Shown piece after piece: positions 1 to 6,347 of a DNA stretch of 13,670 nucleotides (positions within the stretch are counted from its first letter, which is position 1; every line of letters begins with the position of its first letter). The translations under genes were made by a program, and so were the position numbers. The stretch spans positions 1-13,670 of the forward strand of contig JBHLSH010000091.1 in the NCBI GenBank assembly GCA_048881705.1. Direction: 5' to 3'. The DNA comes from Candidatus Heimdallarchaeota archaeon. Its GTDB lineage: Archaea; Asgardarchaeota; Heimdallarchaeia; Hodarchaeales; Hodarchaeaceae. The notes below the pieces were generated by a model, which saw only the letters and a list, made by a program, of their open reading frames with translations, did not search any database and was not told the origin of the DNA.

Positions 1-609
1 CGTGGAGTTTACTTTCACCTCTCGGATATTAGTAACATTATTCAAACCATGAAGACATGTTGGGCATCAGCCTATACCCCGGATGTTTTGGCTGATCTCC
101 TCGAATTTGGTCTGCCTCCGGATAGCGTGCGCATCGCTACTATCGTAGAAGAAATGATTCATGCCAAGGTTAGTGGCATAATATCAACTAAAAAGAGAAA
201 TGAGACAACTAACCATGGATTGCATATTCATATCCGATCTAATTGGGGAACGCAGGTGTATGAAGGGGACAATGGGATTTTTTGTGATCATATAATTGTT
301 AACGAGGGCAAGGAAGGGGAACCAGTTGAAACTTTCGTATCATACAAAGAGAACATTACCCAAATTCCTGAAAACTCACAACACGCGGTGGTTGTGGAGA
401 ATCACCCTGATAAGAAAAGAGAGTTATCCCTCTCGCCAGAAAAAATAACAGTATTAACACAGCTGGCAAAGAAGATCCGTCGAGACTTTGAAATTGGCTA
501 TGATGTGGAATTCGCTTTTGACCACGATGATCAACTCTGGGTTTTAGATGCGAGGCCACATTCAATGGATCGCTATCATCGGGTAGGGGGACGTGTCTCT
601 CAACTCTAA
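1..609 (+). CDS. PEP/pyruvate-binding (PPDK_N, ATP-grasp-like) domain protein, 5'-truncated by the window
   Basis: Frame is open from base 1 (RGVYFHLSDISNIIQTMKTCWASAY...). CWAS, DVEFAF and LWVLDARP match the PEP synthase/PPDK N-domain motifs (cWaS, DiEw, LQaRP). The ORF stops 16 aa after DARP, so no downstream His-swivel or PEP domain. Confidence 0.75.
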   Translation, partial: RGVYFHLSDISNIIQTMKTCWASAYTPDVLADLLEFGLPPDSVRIATIVEEMIHAKVSGIISTKKRNETTNHGLHIHIRSNWGTQVYEGDNGIFCDHIIVNEGKEGEPVETFVSYKENITQIPENSQHAVVVENHPDKKRELSLSPEKITVLTQLAKKIRRDFEIGYDVEFAFDHDDQLWVLDARPHSMDRYHRVGGRVSQL

Positions 610-665
610 AAGGGATTCTACCAGTTCATTGGGAATATTCGCCCATTAAATTCGAGGAAGAGAGC

Positions 666-790
666 GTTGAATCGTGATTTCCAATTTTCAAATCAAAACC
701 TCAGAGGATAACCGTGTTATTCCTTTTGGTTTGAATTTCCTTGGGAAATCACAGGGGACTAGGGATGCAGCTCTAAGGTTGGGATTCAAC
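666..790. other. Long imperfect stem-loop / putative structured intergenic element
   Basis: Nested inverted repeats: GTTGAATC(666-673)/GATTCAAC(783-790), GTGATTTCC(674-682)/GGAAATCAC(744-752), TTCAAATCAAAA/TTTTGGTTTGAA (one G-U) and GGATAAC/GTTATTCC around a CGT loop. Confidence 0.5.
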
Positions 791-1034
791 CGATTGGTGT
801 AAGATTGTTAGAACAAGGTAGAATCTGAGTCTGACTTCCAGAGACGAAGATTCTGTCATATAAACGAAAACAGGAATTTGGCGTTTTTTACCCTTCATAA
901 TCCTAGATCCGCCGAATTTAAATTGCATAAAATCCAGTTTTCGCTAAAGGACTTCAAACCGAAGAGGAATGGTACGAGGAGGGAAGAACCTAGAAAGCCA
1001 AGTAGTTTTGATCTTTGGGAATTTAATACAGGTC

Positions 1035-1088
1035 ATTAGGTTACTTTCTATTTACTTGATTACCGAAACCTAAGAAAACCTTCTTATT
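1035..1088 (+). promoter_or_regulatory. Conserved 54-bp operator+promoter element, copy 1
   Basis: ATTAGGTTACTTTCTATTTACTTGATTACCGAAACCTAAGAAAACCTTCTTATT aligns without gaps to 2305-2358 and 9105-9158. This copy has inverted arms TTAGGTT/AACCTAA and ends in a BRE/TATA-like GAAAACC-TTCTTATT. Confidence 0.7.
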
Positions 1089-1216
1089 ATTTGACTTGAT
1101 CCGTTCTCGTGAACTCAGCCAGACATTACTTGAATTTTCATAATATGATCGTCTGGAAGAGTTTAATCGGCAAAGGACATATAAAATTATGGGATCTAAT
1201 CTTTGGAGACAAAAAA

Positions 1217-2134
1217 TTGGATCAAAAGCTTAAGCGTATCGCCATATTTATTCCTTTCATACTTATTTCCGGTTTAATTGGAATACGGATTCTTCAAGGA
1301 GATGTAAGCTCATCTTATTGTTCCACTTTCTGGATTTTCTCGAAGGGGGAAAATGACATGGAACATGGCGAAACCCCCGAAAATCATACTAGATTGGAGA
1401 TTGATCACATTATGGATGAATGCTGTGGGCATACTGATTCAACTCCTCCTGTTATAGCCCTCAATGCATCCTGGGGATGGAACCGTTTTTATAATAATTC
1501 TATTAACACTGGTGGAACAACAATAGATCTGTTGCTTACGGACGATAATCCAATCGACGATAACTTGCCGACGAAAGTCCTGTACCAATGGGATAGCCAA
1601 TCTAACTCGTCGCTAAGCTTTCCGTACAATGTTATCCTACCAACAGAGAAAGGACTACATTTACTGAGCGTTTATGCAAAAGATGGTTCGGAAAATTGGG
1701 CTTCAGCGGTTTTTTGCTTTGTAGTTGGGATTCCTCCTCCTTCAATAATGCTCAAATCACTTACGAATGAAACAACGATCTTGAACGATACAAGTATTGA
1801 GCTGCATGTTGAAGACGGTATTCACGGCATAAATCAGGTTCTCTACAGTTGGGATACAAATCAAGGTAATTCGACCCTAAGCTATCCATATAGTGTTAAT
1901 TCTCCGATTGACAATGGCACATGTAAACTGAGTGTTTATGCAGAAAACGAAGTTGGAAATTGGACTTCAGCTGTGTTCGTTTTTACCATAACCACCGATC
2001 CTTCAGCCGTACACACAACTACTACAACAAGTTTGGGAAGACGAACCGACGGTTACCTGTTATTACCAGCGAGTTTAATTCTTGGCGGTTTGGCAATAAT
2101 CAAGACAAGATTTACTAGAAGAAAAGAAACCTAG
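1217..2134 (+). CDS. Secreted/surface protein with two Ig-like repeats, Thr-rich linker and C-terminal TM sorting-like signal
   Basis: The ORF track starts at GTG 1109. I prefer TTG 1217 (GGAGA at 1205-1209) because it gives a signal-like MDQKLKRIAIFIPFILISGLIG; ATG 1145 is an alternative. Two beta-rich repeats, then TTTTTS, then TDGY-hydrophobic helix-RRK. Confidence 0.7.
   Translation: MDQKLKRIAIFIPFILISGLIGIRILQGDVSSSYCSTFWIFSKGENDMEHGETPENHTRLEIDHIMDECCGHTDSTPPVIALNASWGWNRFYNNSINTGGTTIDLLLTDDNPIDDNLPTKVLYQWDSQSNSSLSFPYNVILPTEKGLHLLSVYAKDGSENWASAVFCFVVGIPPPSIMLKSLTNETTILNDTSIELHVEDGIHGINQVLYSWDTNQGNSTLSYPYSVNSPIDNGTCKLSVYAENEVGNWTSAVFVFTITTDPSAVHTTTTTSLGRRTDGYLLLPASLILGGLAIIKTRFTRRKET
1436..1996 (+). 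repeat. Two tandem ~90-aa Ig-like domain repeats
   Basis: KVLYQWDSQSNSSLSFPYNV...LSVYAKDGSENWASAVFCF vs QVLYSWDTNQGNSTLSYPYSV...LSVYAENEVGNWTSAVFVF. Confidence 0.75.
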
Positions 2135-2304
2135 TGTTAAGTTAGGTGTGATTCATGCTCCATAAGCAATCGATAAGGATTTTTTATGTGATAGCGTGGT
2201 GAGAACCGTTGAATAGTTTTGATTTATCACAAATCACTCAGTTTTCTGCCTTGCAGATTCCTGTAATTTCCAGGGTTTTACCGGATTTTTAACGCTGGTT
2301 CATA

Positions 2305-2358
2305 AGTAGGTTACTTTATTCCTAGTTGCTTATTGAAACATTAGAAAATGTTCAAAAT
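2305..2358 (+). promoter_or_regulatory. Conserved 54-bp operator+promoter element, copy 2 (upstream of the cytochrome)
   Basis: AGTAGGTTACTTTATTCCTAGTTGCTTATTGAAACATTAGAAAATGTTCAAAAT; ungapped match to copies 1 and 3. Confidence 0.7.
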
Positions 2359-2538
2359 TTCTTTATTCCTTTTGTTTAATGGATTCCTTTGTTGTACGAT
2401 AATGTAATGCGATATGCTTTACAAATAAACCAAGTAATAACATAAAAAACATGTACAATTTAGGATCTTCAAAAGAATCAGAGAAGCCGATTTTAGGATC
2501 GGAACTTCATAGTGTAATGCAAATATGGTGGTTTTTTA

Positions 2539-3879
2539 ATGACCGATCAAGAAGAAATTTTAGTACGCCAGAGCAGATGGAGTGGTCGACGAGTGGTCTT
2601 ACTCTACTGGTTTTCCATAGTCTTCGTTGGAACAGCGGCCGCTGCAGGTATCGGGGCAACTGTTTTGAATCAAGGATATTCCATTGATCAAACAAATCCC
2701 CATACGGGCATCACGGAACCCTGGCATCCAAGTGACTGTTCTCCATGTCACGACGAAAAAATAGCATCTTGGAACCAGACGCTCCACTGGAATGCGTCAA
2801 CTTATCTGAATTCCTCACACGTGTTAGTGTGGGGTACAATACCTACTCCCATCGTCGCGTTCAACGGATCTTGTTCCCATTGTATGGCAACACGCTGGAA
2901 TGTAACGGATCTCACTTATTGGGATCTTGGAGTTGCTTGTGCTGCCTGTCATGAGGCCCCTGGAGTAGCCCCAACCTCGTCAACGAGCTGTGATATGACG
3001 TGTCATACGCCAAAAGGTGTTTACCAATCAGACAATTCCGCAGCTGCGCACTCGAGCTCACTTGATGATTTGCTTGCAAATTCCCATGCCCAGGATTTCT
3101 GTTTACATTGTATGGCTGGACAAGGCCTATTTGCGGATCCCGCAGACCTGACACTAGATAATACAGAGCTCTCCAACATCTTCTGCGCAACGTGTCACAA
3201 TCCACATGACTCTACCAATGAAGACCAGCTTAGGAGAGCAAGTGTCACAGAACTTTGTGGAGAATGCCATACTGATTCTGGTGAGTTTCTTACAGATAAG
3301 AGTGACTGGAGAACGACCAGTCCTCATAACGAGCTGGATTGTACCGATTGTCACGGTTCTCAGTATGTTGCAGCTCACAACACCTCTCGAGGCTGGGTTG
3401 ATGCCGCTTATACCCTAAATCACAGTTGGGCCCTGGACGTCCCCGATGCATGTGAACGATGCCACATTGGTGAGAACGCTACTCAAGCTGCTACCTTGGC
3501 AACCATCCAGGCTGACATTGGAGAATTAATGGATAAGGTTGAAGACGAGATAGCAAACGCTACAAGCAAAGCTGATGAGGCAAAGAATGTCACAGGTATC
3601 GATCAGGCAAAAGTGAACAACTCCTATGATCTGATTGAGGAAGCAGAAGATCTGTTTGATGCTGTTGAAGGCGATAATAGCATGGGTTTCCACAATCCTG
3701 ACCTCGCTGAAGAAAAACTGTTGTTGGCATTGGCAAAGTTAGAAGAAGCTTACGAGACTGCTGCGGATGCAATTGATGCAGCTACTCCTGCTGGTACACC
3801 CGGATTCGAACTGCTTGGAATACTGTTAGCTTTAAGCATGATCGGCTTATCAGTATTGATTCGACGCAAGAAACGATAA
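2539..3879 (+). CDS. Multiheme cytochrome c (c554/c552-like heme modules plus C-terminal helical bundle) with PGF-CTERM-like anchor
   Basis: CxxCH at aa 67, 134, 216, 240, 268 and 305; CDMTCH at 151; CSHCM at 112 and CLHCM at 188. GFHNP plus amphipathic helices as in NrfA/c552-family C-termini. N-terminal hydrophobic helix; C-terminal TPGF-TM-RRKKR. Confidence 0.92.
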   Translation: MTDQEEILVRQSRWSGRRVVLLYWFSIVFVGTAAAAGIGATVLNQGYSIDQTNPHTGITEPWHPSDCSPCHDEKIASWNQTLHWNASTYLNSSHVLVWGTIPTPIVAFNGSCSHCMATRWNVTDLTYWDLGVACAACHEAPGVAPTSSTSCDMTCHTPKGVYQSDNSAAAHSSSLDDLLANSHAQDFCLHCMAGQGLFADPADLTLDNTELSNIFCATCHNPHDSTNEDQLRRASVTELCGECHTDSGEFLTDKSDWRTTSPHNELDCTDCHGSQYVAAHNTSRGWVDAAYTLNHSWALDVPDACERCHIGENATQAATLATIQADIGELMDKVEDEIANATSKADEAKNVTGIDQAKVNNSYDLIEEAEDLFDAVEGDNSMGFHNPDLAEEKLLLALAKLEEAYETAADAIDAATPAGTPGFELLGILLALSMIGLSVLIRRKKR

Positions 3880-3945
3880 CGGAGCAGGATAAAGATTCTT
3901 TGGAATCTATTACGTGAATAAGCTTCAGAAAAATCTGTCCATCGT

Positions 3946-3987
3946 AAAAATAGGAGCAGCAGCTGGTTGCTGTTCCTATCGTTTTTT
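3946..3987 (+). terminator. Hairpin plus T-tract terminator after the cytochrome gene
   Basis: ATAGGAGCAGCAG-CTGG-TTGCTGTTCCTAT (3950-3979; 13-bp stem with 2 G-U), followed by CGTTTTTT and preceded by AAAA. Confidence 0.65.
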
Positions 3988-4107
3988 CTATCAGCCGGTC
4001 GGGAATTGGGAAGAAGATCGTTGTATTTTTTGTCTTTTTACCGTCATTTGATAATTAAATCGAAAATTTATTCAGAAATAACTGGTTTAATAGCTTATTT
4101 AAGGAGA

Positions 4108-6330
4108 ATGAACATTATTATGCTGATTACCTTGAGCTTCCGTAATGGAAAAACCAAATGGTTGAATTATGCGCTCGTCATAATTTTGGCGAACTTTCTA
4201 GTCTTTCAGAGCTTCGCAGGTTTTTTGAACCCGAGTTTTATCTGTTCCAACCACGACACAAGGGGAGGGCAAATAATACGGGATTCCGATGAAGATCCTC
4301 AAAATAATTTCGGTGCTAGATCGAAGTTAACCTCAGAAACTGCGGATGATCCTGAAGCATATTTTCCGAATTTCCTTTATTATTCAGTGGAGATTGCAAA
4401 CGCTCTTATTGATTATTTATACGATAATACTTCGGGAGGTTTTTACGTCTCTACGGGCGTAAATTGGGATCCTAGTTCCGTAAATCGTTTGAAACGCACC
4501 TATGATAATGCACAAGCGATTTTGGCATTGTTGAAGCTTTCAGATGCTGTAATTAACGAAGCGGAACGGAATTTTGCTATTGAGATTGCTATAAAGACTG
4601 GAAATTGCTTAATCAGAGACCTATACGACAATAATGTTGGTGGATTCTATATTGCTTCAAATAATCAATATAAAAAGCCAGGAGTGAACGCAAAAGCAAT
4701 CCAAGCGCTCTTAGCCCTTTATGAAACTACTGGAAATCAGAGCTATCATGAAATCGCATTGAGTGCACAAGAATTTCTAGATTCTCATGCATGGAAGAGC
4801 AGTAACGGATATTATGTTTATTTGCTAGCTCATTATGGAGCAACGGCGAGTGAAAATCCAAATCCGAGCGATCCCTTCGATCCTGGATCAATCAGGGTTG
4901 ATCATAACGCACTAATGGGAGATGTGTTACTGAATCTATACAAGGTTGAAAACGATGAAAAGTATCTAAACAAGGCTATACAGATTTTCGATTTCTTGAA
5001 TGAAACGTGCAGAGACCCCAAAACTGGATTATTCTATGATGGATTGGACAGCGAAAATAATGTGGTAAGCCCGTCCTCAGCGGATATTTTCACGAATACA
5101 CTTGTCCTTGGTTTCCTGGCCAATCTTTATAATTCTACAGACGATATCAGATACTATTATGACTTCATGTACCTAATAAACATCGTTATGCTCGATTTTT
5201 GGGATTCTCGCTACGGTGGGTTTTATGCGACCTACTCATCTGATGAATCTGTAAAGCGAGACGAAAAGAAATATACCGAGAGGCTATTTTACGGCATTAG
5301 TGCCCTAGATAAAGCATATAAACTTACAGATAAGGATATATTTTACAATATTATCCTAGATGTCGTTGAATTTCTTAATAATAAGTTGTATGATCAAAAT
5401 CACTTAGGTTATTATCAAATAACAAATGCTGATGGATCTATCGGTTCCGATTATTGGAATAACAAATTCAGTGTCACACAGGCATTATCCATATACGAAT
5501 TGTCAAATCTCTGGATGTACAGCAAACCAGGGGTACTTAATGCCATCTGGTCACCTTCCAATCCCCGTCCCCAAGAATCTGTAACAGTTACTGTCGCTGC
5601 ATCTGATTCTGACGGAATAGCAGACGTATTATTTAATTATACTGTAGATGAGGCCCCTTACGAATTAATAAGCATGGATCCGAGTGCCAAAGTTGGGGAC
5701 CTCTATAATGTAGAACTACCCCCTCATACCGAAGGTACAAAGATCAGGTTTTTTATTATCGTTAATGACACTTTTGGGAATCAGGTTGTACGTGGATTTT
5801 ACGAAATCCTTTGGAGACATGATGTCTGGGCACCTCATATTGCACAGGTGGGGTTTGATCCCTCAGTTGACATCATTCCTGATACAGAATTTTCGATTGT
5901 AGTAACCGCAATTGATGTCCCCGTCCAAGGGGAAGTTCGATCAGTCCGCATGTATTATCATCTTTCTGGGGAGCCCGAAGAATCCGTATCCTTAAACAAG
6001 ATCGGTCCTCATCTCTGGAAAGTCAGTTTCCCCACTGGGTTACATCTTGCAGGTACATATGCCTATTACTTTGAGGCAATAGATGACCGCGGCAATTATG
6101 GTTACGGTCAAAGCGGGGCATTTCAAGTACTTGCACCGTTACAACCAGTTTCAATCTCTTTCATAGTCCTGTTACTAACAGTAGTTTTGGTTGGTGTTCC
6201 GGGAGGGCTTTATGGATATGTCGAATTAAAGAAAAAGAGCGCACGCAAGACATTAAAGTCGATGAGGGCTGAAAGGTACCATCAACGTAGAGGAAGCAGA
6301 GCTAGAAGAGGTGTAAAAAGCACTAAATAG
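4108..6330 (+). CDS. Membrane-anchored six-hairpin (alpha/alpha)6 glycosidase-like protein (AGE/GH76/YyaL-like) with two C-terminal beta-sandwich domains
   Basis: The TTG 3967 start overlaps the terminator; ATG 4108 or 4120 follows AGGAGA. N-terminal hydrophobic helix. Six hairpin turns: LYDNTSGGFY, LYDNNVGGFY, AWKSSNGYYV, CRDPKTGLFY, FWDSRYGGFY, LYDQNHLGYY. RTYDNAQA resembles YyaL KMLYDNA. C-terminal TM plus K/R-rich tail. Confidence 0.7.
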   Translation: MNIIMLITLSFRNGKTKWLNYALVIILANFLVFQSFAGFLNPSFICSNHDTRGGQIIRDSDEDPQNNFGARSKLTSETADDPEAYFPNFLYYSVEIANALIDYLYDNTSGGFYVSTGVNWDPSSVNRLKRTYDNAQAILALLKLSDAVINEAERNFAIEIAIKTGNCLIRDLYDNNVGGFYIASNNQYKKPGVNAKAIQALLALYETTGNQSYHEIALSAQEFLDSHAWKSSNGYYVYLLAHYGATASENPNPSDPFDPGSIRVDHNALMGDVLLNLYKVENDEKYLNKAIQIFDFLNETCRDPKTGLFYDGLDSENNVVSPSSADIFTNTLVLGFLANLYNSTDDIRYYYDFMYLINIVMLDFWDSRYGGFYATYSSDESVKRDEKKYTERLFYGISALDKAYKLTDKDIFYNIILDVVEFLNNKLYDQNHLGYYQITNADGSIGSDYWNNKFSVTQALSIYELSNLWMYSKPGVLNAIWSPSNPRPQESVTVTVAASDSDGIADVLFNYTVDEAPYELISMDPSAKVGDLYNVELPPHTEGTKIRFFIIVNDTFGNQVVRGFYEILWRHDVWAPHIAQVGFDPSVDIIPDTEFSIVVTAIDVPVQGEVRSVRMYYHLSGEPEESVSLNKIGPHLWKVSFPTGLHLAGTYAYYFEAIDDRGNYGYGQSGAFQVLAPLQPVSISFIVLLLTVVLVGVPGGLYGYVELKKKSARKTLKSMRAERYHQRRGSRARRGVKSTK

Positions 6331-6347
6331 ACAATGGAGATGAAAAA

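Noticed and set aside
610-1034. Known riboswitch, tRNA or hidden gene in the 500-bp gap
   Set aside because: No recognisable consensus for TPP, SAM, cobalamin or tRNA, and no ORF of 60 aa or more in the track; only the generic hairpin is reported.
2310-2339. The inner 30 nt of the repeated element (GTTAC...ATTGAAAC) resemble a CRISPR direct repeat
   Set aside because: Copies are 1.3 and 6.8 kb apart with no spacers and no cas genes. Conservation extends beyond the 30-mer on both sides into a BRE/TATA-like motif, and only one copy has ATTGAAAC. A solitary-repeat role is not excluded but is less likely.
2581-2604. SGRRVVL as a Tat signal
   Set aside because: Poor match to S/T-R-R-x-F-L-K, and Ccm substrates are exported unfolded via Sec.
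2539-3879. Calling the cytochrome NrfA
   Set aside because: No CxxCK catalytic heme motif and a different heme count and spacing; only the GFHNP helical tail is similar.
2539-3879. Higher GC (roughly 50% in sampled lines) than neighbours, suggesting HGT
   Set aside because: Explainable by Ala/Gly/Cys/His/Asp-rich composition versus Ile/Phe/Leu-rich membrane genes; no mobility signatures.
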